From contig JBAZFG010000002.1 of the NCBI GenBank assembly GCA_041653515.1, positions 125,632 to 189,631 of the forward strand: 64,000 bases of DNA, read 5' to 3'. The position numbers and the translations under genes are program-made. Origin of the DNA: Candidatus Nanoarchaeia archaeon. GTDB taxonomy: Archaea > Nanobdellota > Nanobdellia > WJKC01. The notes below the pieces were generated by a model, which was not told where the DNA came from, did no database searches, and saw only the letters and a program-made list of their open reading frames with translations. This document shows, in pieces, positions 18,075 through 27,683 of this stretch (the first letter of the stretch is position 1; the number at the start of each line of letters is the position of its first letter).

Positions 18075-19508
18075 TTATATACATTTTGTCTTTTTGGCAT
18101 ACAATAAGCTAATTATTTTTTTAATTAACTTAGTGATAAAACCCCTATCCTGCTTGTCAAGCACTTTATAGTAAACCATGAGCGCGTAAAAGACTGCTGC
18201 TAGGCTAAATAAAAGTATTTTCATTATTGGTCCAGTATAAACATTAACCACTATTATTAGTGGCAATGCGCTGATTAATGACTTAACATAACTAACCCAA
18301 TTATGTTTGACATACTTACGCTGTGTTACACTCATTATTATCAGTGCGCTAACCATTAAACCAGTAAATATTATTGATGCGTTAAAAGCATTAATTAAAT
18401 AACTGCTTAGTGCTATGGTGATAATTACTTTTATTATTGAAATCCATAAAACTATTCTCGGCTTGCCTGTGCCATAAGTAATTGATTCATATATCTGATA
18501 AAAAGCCATTGCTGATAAGCCAATAGCCATTACTCTAAAAACACTTATCATCCCCAAGTACTCGCTGCCTAATAATAATGTTATGATAAAATTAGATGCT
18601 GAGAAAAAAATAGTTGCTATTGGCAAAGCGTAAATGAAAACATACTTCATGAACCGGCCGGTTAATTCTTTTATTTCCTCTTTTTTCTTATTAATAATGC
18701 TTGGCAGTAACGCGCTACTGATTGCGCCTGAGATTAATAAAATAAACAATCCTGCTTTGTTTGATAAGTCAAAGAAACTAAGCTCACTTGAATTAAAACC
18801 CAAGTATAAGTTCATCAAATAATTTGATAATGTCATAAAAATTGATGTGAAAAACATTGTTGTTGAGTACTTTAATAATTCTTTTCTCTCAGTAAACTCA
18901 CTGCCTTTGCTTAACTTATTGTAAATGACTGCATAAGCAAATAATACTGTTATTAAGTAACTAATGCCATAACCAATCACTGCGCCAGTGATTCCAAGAC
19001 CAATTATTATTAAGAGTAATGACGCAAACTTTGTGGCACTAAACAATAAGTCAACGTTCATGTAATGCTTCAAATTATTAAACCCTTGAAATATGTAGTA
19101 AGAAATATTCATTAATATGAAGAATGGGATAAACAACGCTGTTAATCTTAAATAACTGCCTAGTTCAGTATTGTTGTAAAAAACACCAATATAATCTGCT
19201 GCTACAAACACTGCTATAGCTGTTATTACACCAATTATTAACCTAACACTTATAATTTTCTTAACTAAACTAGCCATTTGCTCCTTATACTTCTGCATGA
19301 AATAAGGGAGCCCATGCTCTAAACCAAGAGTTGTTAGTTGGTGTGATAATGTTAGTATTGTAATTACTAAAGCGAAAGTTCCGTAATCAGTTGGGCCAAG
19401 TAATCTGGCAAGAAAGAATATTAATACCATTGATAGCACTGTGCTAACTGACTTACCTATTAAGTGCCAAGTAGCGTTCTTACCTACTTTCTTGATTACT
19501 TCTTCCAT
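18075..19508 (-). CDS. Wzx-like oligo/polysaccharide flippase (MOP superfamily)
   Basis: 477 aa, about 12-14 TM segments. The N-terminus (LARLLGPTDYGTFAL) is typical of polysaccharide biosynthesis protein / Wzx families. Confidence 0.7.
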   Translation of the reverse strand: MEEVIKKVGKNATWHLIGKSVSTVLSMVLIFFLARLLGPTDYGTFALVITILTLSHQLTTLGLEHGLPYFMQKYKEQMASLVKKIISVRLIIGVITAIAVFVAADYIGVFYNNTELGSYLRLTALFIPFFILMNISYYIFQGFNNLKHYMNVDLLFSATKFASLLLIIIGLGITGAVIGYGISYLITVLFAYAVIYNKLSKGSEFTERKELLKYSTTMFFTSIFMTLSNYLMNLYLGFNSSELSFFDLSNKAGLFILLISGAISSALLPSIINKKKEEIKELTGRFMKYVFIYALPIATIFFSASNFIITLLLGSEYLGMISVFRVMAIGLSAMAFYQIYESITYGTGKPRIVLWISIIKVIITIALSSYLINAFNASIIFTGLMVSALIIMSVTQRKYVKHNWVSYVKSLISALPLIIVVNVYTGPIMKILLFSLAAVFYALMVYYKVLDKQDRGFITKLIKKIISLLYAKKTKCI

Positions 19509-19511
19509 TAT

Positions 19512-20279
19512 CTACTTAGGATTATTGTGTGACTTATAAATTCTTATGAAATCAATCAAGTACCTGATAGTGCTAAACCATAATTTGGCGTTGCCTTTCC
19601 AGTAGCGTGGGTGGTAATCAAATATTAATATGTATTTGATTAATTGTTTTAAGTAAACCATTATCTCTTTGTTAAACGCTTTATCCTTCTTGACACGCTC
19701 AATGTGCATCATCATGTACTTACCACCTTTATCATACTTGCCTTGCTTTGGGTAATGGAGTGTGTCGCCTTTTAGTTCCTTAATTGTTGCTTGTTTTATG
19801 ATAACTGCCCGCTCGTGGAACTTATTCACAAATTTTATCAAACCTTGTTTTGATAATTTTGGCTCACCCCGAATGAATCGTGTAGTCAGGCAGGCCTGAC
19901 TGTTATCAAATTTGAAGTAGTTCCTTCGCTTGATTAAGTAAACGTCAGCTAATTCCTCTTCTTTTATTCCTTTAATGTTCTTTATTAGTTCTTTTGACAA
20001 AAACTCATCAGTATCAAGATAAAGCACATACCAGCCTTTTTTAACTGATTTTAAACCCTTATTTCTTATTTCTGAGAAGTCCTGAGCCTTACAATTAATT
20101 ACCCTGACTTTCTTTGATGCATTCTTAGCTATTTGTATTGTGTCATCACTTGAATTATCTATCAATACTATCTCATCAGCGATTGATTCAACGTTCCTAA
20201 CCCAGTCTTTAATGTTTTCCCCTTCATTCATTGTTGGCGCCTGGACACTTATCTTCATGTTACTTTCTAATAATAGCAA
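19512..20279 (-). CDS. GT2 (GT-A fold) glycosyltransferase
   Basis: LIDNSSDDT and a DTDE (DxD) motif. The likely true start is the ATG at 20258 (MKISVQAP). Confidence 0.7.
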   Translation of the reverse strand: MLLLESNMKISVQAPTMNEGENIKDWVRNVESIADEIVLIDNSSDDTIQIAKNASKKVRVINCKAQDFSEIRNKGLKSVKKGWYVLYLDTDEFLSKELIKNIKGIKEEELADVYLIKRRNYFKFDNSQACLTTRFIRGEPKLSKQGLIKFVNKFHERAVIIKQATIKELKGDTLHYPKQGKYDKGGKYMMMHIERVKKDKAFNKEIMVYLKQLIKYILIFDYHPRYWKGNAKLWFSTIRYLIDFIRIYKSHNNPK

Positions 20280-20280
20280 C

Positions 20281-20290
20281 TTTTAAAAAA
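20281..20290. promoter_or_regulatory. TATA-like box ttttaaaaaa, candidate shared bidirectional promoter element
   Basis: The centre lies ~27.5 nt from ATG 20258 (minus gene) and ~27.5 nt from ATG 20313 (plus gene). Confidence 0.4.
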
Positions 20291-20312
20291 TGATGTCCTC
20301 TATCGTGATTTA

Positions 20313-21041
20313 ATGATTAATAAAGCTGTTATTCTTGCCGGCGGTAAGGGAACCCGCATCGCTAACCCTGACATGCCTAAAGCCATGATTAAACTTAACG
20401 GAACCCCGATACTCGAAAACACCCTGCAATTGCTCGGCGGCTGCGGCATTAACGAGGTATTCATGTTAGTCCATTACCTTAAAGAGCAGATTATTGGTTA
20501 CTTTGGCAGTGATTTTAATGGAATGAAAATTAATTATGTCAACGTTCATGAAATCTTGAAATATGACCAGCCTATTGGTATCGCTGACGTGCTCGGCGTA
20601 ATGGATGGCCGCATTAACGAGCCATTCTTAATGATTCTTGGCGATGAAGTTTACGCTGGCACTAAGCACCCTGATATGCTTAAATCATTTAATCCTGTTT
20701 ATGACGCGATGATTGGTGTCATGCGCACTACTGATGAGCGCGCAATAAAGAAGAATTATACTCTGCGGGTTGATGATGCCTTTAATGTCACTGACCTTGA
20801 AGAGAAGCCTGATGCGCCTTGGAATGACTTGCTTGGCTGCGGCACTTACATCTTTACCCCTAAGGTCTTTGATTATATCAGGCAGACACCGTTGTCTGCT
20901 AAGAGCGGCCGCCGAGAGATTACTGACACGCTTAAGGTGATTGCGGCTAATGGCTTGCTCGCTGCCTTTGACCTTGGCGGCAGTTACGTCAATATTAATT
21001 ATAAAGAAGACATTGCCCTTGCTGAAAAACTTTTTAAGTAG
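20313..21041 (+). CDS. Sugar-1-phosphate nucleotidyltransferase
   Basis: KAVILAGGKGTRI signature; 242 aa single-domain form. Confidence 0.8.
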   Translation: MINKAVILAGGKGTRIANPDMPKAMIKLNGTPILENTLQLLGGCGINEVFMLVHYLKEQIIGYFGSDFNGMKINYVNVHEILKYDQPIGIADVLGVMDGRINEPFLMILGDEVYAGTKHPDMLKSFNPVYDAMIGVMRTTDERAIKKNYTLRVDDAFNVTDLEEKPDAPWNDLLGCGTYIFTPKVFDYIRQTPLSAKSGRREITDTLKVIAANGLLAAFDLGGSYVNINYKEDIALAEKLFK

Positions 21042-21050
21042 CCCACCCGA

Positions 21051-22289
21051 TTGTTTTACTTAATGAAGGTATGCATTGTTTGTGATTACTTGCCTGAATA
21101 CCATGATACTTGGGGTGGGGGTGAGAAAGCCTCAATCAGCATTGCCCGTTTACTGGCAAGTAAAGGCGAGGCTGTGTCAGTGGTAACTAAGAAACCAAAT
21201 AAGCCTGTTAAAGAGTTGTTTAAGCATTATTCTTTAAGGACTACTGAGGACTTCCTTGGCAGTAAGGCTGGTCTTTATTTCTCGCGCTTCAAGTCAATCT
21301 GGGTTCCGTTTGATTTAATCACTTATTTCTCCGCGCTAAAACTATTCAGGCGTATCAAGCCTGACATTATTAGTCTTGGCAATTTCCGCGAGTTATCACT
21401 TTCTGTTGTCCTTGCCGCGCACAAGCTTAACATACCAGTTGTTTATTCGGTTTATGATTACTGGTTATTCTGCCCTAAGATTGATTTAGTTGATAATAAT
21501 GGTTCTTGCAGTGCCAATTGCAATAAGTGTATTTCAGGCGAGCGCTTTGGCTCATTCAAGCGCTTGTTGGTGCCTTTAAGGAATTTTATTTTTAACCGGA
21601 TTAGTTTTGACCGCGTGATTGCATTGTCAGATAACTCGCGTCAGTTAATAGCCCGGCACGGCGTTAATAAGAATAAGTTAAGGGTTGTCCCGTTGCCGTT
21701 TGGTGACTTAAAGACTGACTTGAAGTCAAGGGTTGACCCTAATCTGATATTATTCATGGGCTGGGTTCATCACCGGAAGGGCCTTAAAATCCTTGTTCAG
21801 GCGATGAACTTGCTTGCCAAGTCAAACCCTAAGGCAAGGCTCGTTGCGCTTGGAATGCCAGCTGATAAGTCTTACGAAACTGCTGTCAGGTCAATCATGG
21901 GTGGTAACGTTGAGTTAGTTATTGGCCGTAAACCGCTTGATGAGGTTAAAAAGTTAGTTGCCCGCGCAGGTATTATTGTTATCCCGGAACAATGGGCTAA
22001 CATGTCGCCGGTGCTGCTTATCGAGTCTATGTTTAATGCCAAGCCAATCATTGCGAGCAGGGTTGGGGGCATCCCGTCATTTATCAAGCATGGTGAGAGC
22101 GGCTTGCTCGCCTGCCATGACAAGCCTGATGACTTCGCGCGACAAATTAAGTTATTGCTTGACAGCCCATCACTGGCCAAGCGCTTTGGGCTTAAAGCCC
22201 GGGAGCAGGCGCTTGATAAATTTAATAAGAACAAGGTTTATTTCAAGCTAATGAGTGTTTATGGCGGTTTACTCAAGCAAAAAGCCTGA
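21051..22289 (+). CDS. GT4 glycosyltransferase
   Basis: GT-B layout with the C-terminal block IPEQWANMSPVLLIESMFNAKPIIASRVGGIP. The likely start is the ATG at 21063 (MKVCIV). Confidence 0.8.
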   Translation: MFYLMKVCIVCDYLPEYHDTWGGGEKASISIARLLASKGEAVSVVTKKPNKPVKELFKHYSLRTTEDFLGSKAGLYFSRFKSIWVPFDLITYFSALKLFRRIKPDIISLGNFRELSLSVVLAAHKLNIPVVYSVYDYWLFCPKIDLVDNNGSCSANCNKCISGERFGSFKRLLVPLRNFIFNRISFDRVIALSDNSRQLIARHGVNKNKLRVVPLPFGDLKTDLKSRVDPNLILFMGWVHHRKGLKILVQAMNLLAKSNPKARLVALGMPADKSYETAVRSIMGGNVELVIGRKPLDEVKKLVARAGIIVIPEQWANMSPVLLIESMFNAKPIIASRVGGIPSFIKHGESGLLACHDKPDDFARQIKLLLDSPSLAKRFGLKAREQALDKFNKNKVYFKLMSVYGGLLKQKA

Positions 22290-23286
22290 AGAAGTTTATG
22301 GCAAGTTATTCTCCGATGTTAAGGGCAAGCGGGTAATAATTAAGCCTAACTTAGTTACTGACTTGCCGGCTAATAGCGGCGTCACCACTGACCTGCGCTT
22401 AGTGTCAAAACTAATTAAGTTCCTTAAGGGTCGTGGCGCCAAAGTAATTGTGGCTGAATCAGGTCTTGCTCACACTGATAGTATCATTAAGAAACTTAAA
22501 CCATCATTTAAAGTGGTTAACCTTGACAACTGTGATCGCGTGCCTGTCAAGTCACTGACTGGCTTGATATTAAAGGAGTTCCGCCTGCCAAAAATCGTTG
22601 TTGAAGCGGACTTAATCATTAGTTTTGCTAAGATGAAGACTCACGCTCTCACTACTGTCACGCTGTCAATCAAGAACTTATTTGGCTTGTTATGTCAGGG
22701 CGAGCGGAAGAAATCTCACGTGCAGGGATTAAATGAGTCAATTGTTGATTTATTCTCAGCCCTGCCAAAAGTAGTTGGTTTGGTTGATGGCCTGATCGCT
22801 CTTGACGGCAAGTTCGGGCCAGTCAGCGGTTCGCCCCGCAAAGTAGGGCTGGTCATTGGCTCAACCGACCCGCTTGCTTGTGATTCTTATTGCGCTAAAT
22901 TAATGGGTGCTAACCCTAATAAAATCACTCACATGCGCTTGTGCGCTAAAAATTGTCTTGGCAGTTTTGATGATACTGATGTTAAGGGCTTGTCATTTGA
23001 CTTGCCGCCTTTCTTCATGCCATTAGCCAGCAAGTTATTGGAGCGTTATCGCCGGCGCAAGCCTTATTTGATGAGCCCTGATAATTGCGTTAAGTGCCTT
23101 GAGTGCGTTAATAATTGTCCTGTTAAGGCTATCTCAAAGTCAATTGAGTTTGATTACAATAAGTGTATTGGCTGCATGGTCTGCGTTGAGTCATGCAAGC
23201 ATAAAGCGCTTGGGTATAAACTTAGCCTGCCAACGAGGGTGATTCATTACTTGTTTAAGACTTTCTTTAAGAGACGGCGCAAGTAA
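22255..23286 (+). CDS. DUF362 protein with C-terminal 2x[4Fe-4S] ferredoxin domain
   Basis: DUF362 blocks (IIKPNLV, KMKTHALTTVTLSIKNLFG, DGLIALDG). Two ferredoxin motifs: CVKCLECVNNCP and CIGCMVCVESC. Confidence 0.7.
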   Translation: MFMAVYSSKKPEEVYGKLFSDVKGKRVIIKPNLVTDLPANSGVTTDLRLVSKLIKFLKGRGAKVIVAESGLAHTDSIIKKLKPSFKVVNLDNCDRVPVKSLTGLILKEFRLPKIVVEADLIISFAKMKTHALTTVTLSIKNLFGLLCQGERKKSHVQGLNESIVDLFSALPKVVGLVDGLIALDGKFGPVSGSPRKVGLVIGSTDPLACDSYCAKLMGANPNKITHMRLCAKNCLGSFDDTDVKGLSFDLPPFFMPLASKLLERYRRRKPYLMSPDNCVKCLECVNNCPVKAISKSIEFDYNKCIGCMVCVESCKHKALGYKLSLPTRVIHYLFKTFFKRRRK

Positions 23287-24356
23287 TACTTTATTGTGTA
23301 AGGCCTCATTGACTGGGTCATCTTGTAGATTGCTTCCTGCTGTTCTTTTGGGTAAGCATCTGATTGTGGTTTGGCGTGCTCGCCATAAAAAGTCATGTCT
23401 GCCCGGCTATCATCAGTTGGCGGGATAAAATAAGAGAAGTGGCCGTTGACGCCTTCATTTTTAACCCACTCAACGTTCGCTAGGTCACTCTTGTATGTTG
23501 AGCCCGGCAAGCCAATGATGAAATAACAATTAACACTCCTGAAGTATTTTTTCGCAATCCTGACCGCTTTCTTCACTTGTTCTGGTTTCAAGCCTTTCTT
23601 AATGTTCTTTAATACAACCAGACTTAGGCTCTCCACCCCGAAACTAACGTGATTGCAGCCGGAGCCTGAGATTGCCTTGGCTTGCTCCTTGTTGAATAAG
23701 TCAGCGCGCAAGCCGTTGGTGCAAAACCACTTTAAGTTTAATGGTTTTATCAATTCGCAAAACTCAATAACCCTCTTGTTGACTGCGTTAAAGCAGTCAT
23801 CAATTATCTGAAATGACTTAATGTCATACTCCTTTTTTGCTTTCTTTATTTCTTCATAACAATTCTTGGCGCTTCTCATCCTTAAACGCCTGTTCCTTGA
23901 CGCGCAGTAAATGCACTGGAACGGGCAGCCAAGGCTCGTCAGCACTGGGTAAGCCCACTTGCCGCTTGACCAGTTATCCCTGAACGTCTCGTATGAGTCA
24001 AATAGGGAGTAATCAGGGAATGGCAGTTTGTCATTAAAATCATTGTTAATGTTAACATTGCTCTTGAATTGGTTGAATGGGTAGCAGCACTGGACGTCAA
24101 CAACCCCTGTCACTGACTTGACTCTTGATTTTGGGTGAGCCCGCTTGTACTCAGCCTTTATCCTTTTACTTTCATTGTAAGCGGCTGAGCGGATTGAGAT
24201 TAGTGCTGTGTCATCATTAACTTTTAAGTACCTTTTTTTTGGTTTTTGCTTAGTATTAAGGTCAATTACCCGGCTTTTCTTGAGCGTGGCAATGTAAGCA
24301 AGGCTCATGTTTGGCAGGTCCCTGTTAATCCCAGAATTAGGGTTTATCAGTATCAT
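23247..24356 (-). CDS. Radical SAM enzyme with reduced B12-binding-like N-terminal domain
   Basis: CxxxCxxC in LGCPFQCIYCAS. N-terminus MILINPN...SLAYIATL resembles the start of class B enzymes. Overlaps the convergent DUF362 gene by 40 nt. Confidence 0.7.
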   Translation of the reverse strand: MILINPNSGINRDLPNMSLAYIATLKKSRVIDLNTKQKPKKRYLKVNDDTALISIRSAAYNESKRIKAEYKRAHPKSRVKSVTGVVDVQCCYPFNQFKSNVNINNDFNDKLPFPDYSLFDSYETFRDNWSSGKWAYPVLTSLGCPFQCIYCASRNRRLRMRSAKNCYEEIKKAKKEYDIKSFQIIDDCFNAVNKRVIEFCELIKPLNLKWFCTNGLRADLFNKEQAKAISGSGCNHVSFGVESLSLVVLKNIKKGLKPEQVKKAVRIAKKYFRSVNCYFIIGLPGSTYKSDLANVEWVKNEGVNGHFSYFIPPTDDSRADMTFYGEHAKPQSDAYPKEQQEAIYKMTQSMRPYTIKYYLRRLLKKVLNK

Positions 24357-25465
24357 TTTTTCCTGACCGTTTTTTTGTAGATTGAGCAGTTAGCGCATGG
24401 GGCTGGCACTTTGCCTTTCCTTAAGCCTTCCCTTAATTCTTTGTAGTCCTTCCCAAACCAAATCTCTTTTAGTGAAAGTTCCTTAATGTTGCCAAGCGAT
24501 GTTTTCTTCTGGAAATCCCTTTGATTGGCCTCGTTTCCGACGCAGCAGGGAATAACATGTCCTGTTACGAATACGAAAGGCATTATCCATTCAATGCACT
24601 TATCCATTGGTTCCTTGTCATCTGGTACGTTGGCCCCATAGTGCATTCTTATACCATAAGAATTGGCCTTAGCCTTGACTTGCCTAAAATAAGTGTTAGG
24701 CACTTTAGTTACGAGGTTCTTTATCTCCTTGAATGGGTGTAATAATAATGTGTATATGACTTTAACGTCATCATTCATCTTAATGCTGTTAACGTAGTCC
24801 ATGAATAACGGCACTTCCTTGACGTTTATTTTGTTGACAATGAAGTGAAAGTTGACTTCCGGGAATGGTTTTTTCATTTCCTTTTTTAGTTCTATTAGCT
24901 TCTTGATGTTCTTTGTTACTACGTCAAAATTTGAGCCAACCCTTATTTTCTCGTAAGTCTCCTTTGTGGCTCCGTCAATCGAAGCCAGTATCCTATCAAC
25001 TCCTAATTCAATCAGTTTTCTTGCAATCTTTTCATTGAGGAAGATAAATGAGTCATATATCTCGACGTATATCTTCTTTTTCTTGACGTACTCTATCATC
25101 TTAAGGTAATCTTTATTTAGGAACGCTTCCCCTATCCCTGTCAGACCTATCCATTTCAAGTGTGGGAACTGGTCAATTATTCTCTTAAATTCCTCAAAGT
25201 TCATGTCCCTTGCGGGTTCACTCCAGTACGTGTGCTCGCATATTTTGCATTTGAGGTTGCACTTGGTTGTGACTTCTATTTCCATGAAAGGGGGGGTTAT
25301 ATTAAAGAACCTGCCAAGTTTTATTAGTAGCAGGTTGCTCCAGAATTTTGATTGCCATAATAAGTAGAACCATGTGTAATTATATGTTGCTTTTAGTCCT
25401 TGATGCCTTAACATGTTGTAAATAAATTTTGAGTACCTCTTGACTTTCATTATTACCTGTTTCAT
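24353..25465 (-). CDS. Radical SAM enzyme with C-terminal SPASM/twitch-like Cys-rich domain
   Basis: CNLKCKICEH cluster motif. C-terminal GHVIPCCVG...LGNIKELSLKEIW...CANCSIY. Confidence 0.75.
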   Translation of the reverse strand: MKQVIMKVKRYSKFIYNMLRHQGLKATYNYTWFYLLWQSKFWSNLLLIKLGRFFNITPPFMEIEVTTKCNLKCKICEHTYWSEPARDMNFEEFKRIIDQFPHLKWIGLTGIGEAFLNKDYLKMIEYVKKKKIYVEIYDSFIFLNEKIARKLIELGVDRILASIDGATKETYEKIRVGSNFDVVTKNIKKLIELKKEMKKPFPEVNFHFIVNKINVKEVPLFMDYVNSIKMNDDVKVIYTLLLHPFKEIKNLVTKVPNTYFRQVKAKANSYGIRMHYGANVPDDKEPMDKCIEWIMPFVFVTGHVIPCCVGNEANQRDFQKKTSLGNIKELSLKEIWFGKDYKELREGLRKGKVPAPCANCSIYKKTVRKK

Positions 25466-25490
25466 TATGATCTTTTATGATTATTTTCTT

Positions 25491-26573
25491 TTAAATCTTT
25501 TTATTGGCTTTGAATTCCTTTGAGTACTTTCTGGTTAGTTTAATGTATTCATTTCCGTACTCGTGGCTTGGCTCTATCTCGGTTCCCTCGTGCCACTCGT
25601 TGAAGCTAGTGATTGACACTACTTGAGGGTTCTTCTTTATAGCTGCTTCCCAGCAGCGTTTGTAAACACTGCCTTTTTCCCTTGACACGACTGCGTAATG
25701 CTTGATGCCGAGTGTTATTAATATCCACTTGAAGTCGCCCCTGGCTAATCGCTTGAGTAATTTGACAAATAAAGTCCACACCCGTTTGATTGAGAAATTG
25801 CTTTTTAACCCTTCAGCTAACTCGCCGATGAATTCTTTTGGTATCTCTTTGACCCCTGAGTCATCATAGCCTGGCATGACTGTCAGCACGCAAATCTTCT
25901 TGTGCTTGTCGCACATGCCTTTTATTTTTGAGTACTCAGTGAACATGTTTTTCTTGTTGAATAAAGCGTCAAGGTAAGTGTACCTGAAAGCGCCGTCAAA
26001 ATTACTAACCCATTCTTCATACTTGGAGTCAACTATTAAGTAAGCGCCGGTCGCTTTCTTAACTAAATCCCTGACTACCAGCCACTTGTTGAGTCCTAAT
26101 TGCATTAGCACTCTTGCGTATAATATGATGAACGGCTTGCCGTTAACCCTGAAAAATGATTTGTGCTTGCCATACTTGTTAATCAGTCCAATTAAGTGTT
26201 TGGCCACTTTCTCCGGCTCAAAACTATTGGGCAGGTCCTCGTAATAGAATGTTAGTTTAACGCCGGGCGTCTTGTCAGCGATGCTTAGCATTTTTTCGAA
26301 GTTTTTGTGCGTGTGAGTCATCTTCTGCTCCCAGATTGAGACGAGTAACGCGTTAATGCCTGCTTCTTTTGCCATCCTTAAGTGCTCTTTTATCACTGCT
26401 GGGTCGCTTGAGTCATAAGCGCCGAGTAACGGGTGGTCGGCTGACGCAATATCAGGCAAGCCCTTTATTTTCCTGTCAGGGTCATGGCCGCCTTGTTTCC
26501 ATTTAAGCCATTGCTTTGAGTGTTTTGGGCTGCCAAACCATGGGTAATAAAAAGCGAGCACTTTCTTGTTCAT
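25491..26573 (-). CDS. GH99-like glycoside hydrolase domain protein (endo-alpha-mannosidase-like fold), no signal peptide seen
   Basis: N-terminal AFYYPWFGSP, PLLGAYDSSDP, and C-terminal ITSFNEWHEGTEIEPS resemble GH99 family blocks. Assigned from memory of the family only. Confidence 0.5.
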   Translation of the reverse strand: MNKKVLAFYYPWFGSPKHSKQWLKWKQGGHDPDRKIKGLPDIASADHPLLGAYDSSDPAVIKEHLRMAKEAGINALLVSIWEQKMTHTHKNFEKMLSIADKTPGVKLTFYYEDLPNSFEPEKVAKHLIGLINKYGKHKSFFRVNGKPFIILYARVLMQLGLNKWLVVRDLVKKATGAYLIVDSKYEEWVSNFDGAFRYTYLDALFNKKNMFTEYSKIKGMCDKHKKICVLTVMPGYDDSGVKEIPKEFIGELAEGLKSNFSIKRVWTLFVKLLKRLARGDFKWILITLGIKHYAVVSREKGSVYKRCWEAAIKKNPQVVSITSFNEWHEGTEIEPSHEYGNEYIKLTRKYSKEFKANKKI

Positions 26574-27634
26574 AGAACTTTTTTGAAATTGCTTCCATTT
26601 ATAATTATTCTGTTTAATCCTTTCATGTGCGCTTTGACCCCAAATCTTTCTGCGTTTTTTTTGCAGTCGCTTGCCTTGAATTTATTATGCCAGTTCTGCA
26701 ATACCCTGATTAAGTTCTCCTCGTATGGCTCGTTTATTAGCACGCCTGTTTTGTTAGTGATTGTTTCCTTGAACCCTCCGTCATTGACTGCGATGACTGG
26801 TTTGCCTGACGCATTAGCTTCAACTGGCACTAAGCCAAAGTCCTCGCCTTTGTTTAATTGGATGACTGCCTTGCACTCTGAGTAATATTTTCTTAATTCA
26901 GTCTCACTTAACCGGCCGAGTAACTTAATGTTTTTGTTAGCCATTGCTTTTAGTTCTTCCATCATCATGCCAGTGCCTGCTATCATTAATTCTTGTCCTG
27001 TCTTATTGAACACTTTGATTAGTGTGTCAATGCGCTTGACTGGCTCGAGTCTTGATACGCAAAAGAAGTAATCTTTTGACTTGGCTTGTTTGTAGTCTTT
27101 TAGTTCGGTTGGCGGGTAAATCACTATTATTTTTTTGTCTGGGTAAATCTTTTGCATAATATTTTTCATGTAATAACTGTTAGCGATTACAACATCAATT
27201 TTCTTGACTGCTTTTTGGTCTGCTCTTATTGTTAATTTACTTACTAAGTTGACTAACCAATTCTTTTTTTCCAATCCATAACTGACTTTGTTTGGGTGTT
27301 CTGAGTACCAGATTGTTTTTTTACCTGACTTGCTTGCAACAACGTGACTGTTAGGTGTTTCAGCAAGCACTAAATCATATTGCTTTAGGAACGAGCCTTT
27401 TTTCAGGCACCAGAATAAGTTTACTATTGTCCTAAACATTGGCAGTTTTCGTGCCCAAGGCATTAATTCTATTATTCTTGCTTCCTTGAAGTATTCTGGA
27501 TAAACTTTTGAGTCATAGACGCTGGTATAAATTGTCACGTCATGTTTTTTTGATAATTCCTGATAGTGAATACCTGTTACTTTTTCTGCCCCGCCAATAT
27601 TTGTTAGGAATGGCACGATTATTGCTATTTTCAC
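26570..27634 (-). CDS. GT4 glycosyltransferase
   Basis: EDFGLVPVEANASGKPVIAV block and GT-B layout. GTG start gives MKIAIIVP. Confidence 0.8.
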   Translation of the reverse strand: MKIAIIVPFLTNIGGAEKVTGIHYQELSKKHDVTIYTSVYDSKVYPEYFKEARIIELMPWARKLPMFRTIVNLFWCLKKGSFLKQYDLVLAETPNSHVVASKSGKKTIWYSEHPNKVSYGLEKKNWLVNLVSKLTIRADQKAVKKIDVVIANSYYMKNIMQKIYPDKKIIVIYPPTELKDYKQAKSKDYFFCVSRLEPVKRIDTLIKVFNKTGQELMIAGTGMMMEELKAMANKNIKLLGRLSETELRKYYSECKAVIQLNKGEDFGLVPVEANASGKPVIAVNDGGFKETITNKTGVLINEPYEENLIRVLQNWHNKFKASDCKKNAERFGVKAHMKGLNRIIINGSNFKKVL

Positions 27635-27656
27635 GTTATTTATAATTAATGCAAAC

Positions 27657-27666
27657 TTTTTAAATA
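27657..27666. promoter_or_regulatory. TATA-like box tttttaaata between divergent GT4 genes
   Basis: The centre lies ~27.5 nt from the minus-gene start (27634), and 22.5 or 28.5 nt from the plus-gene ATGs at 27684 and 27690. Confidence 0.35.
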
Positions 27667-27683
27667 CTTTTTATTCATTAATA

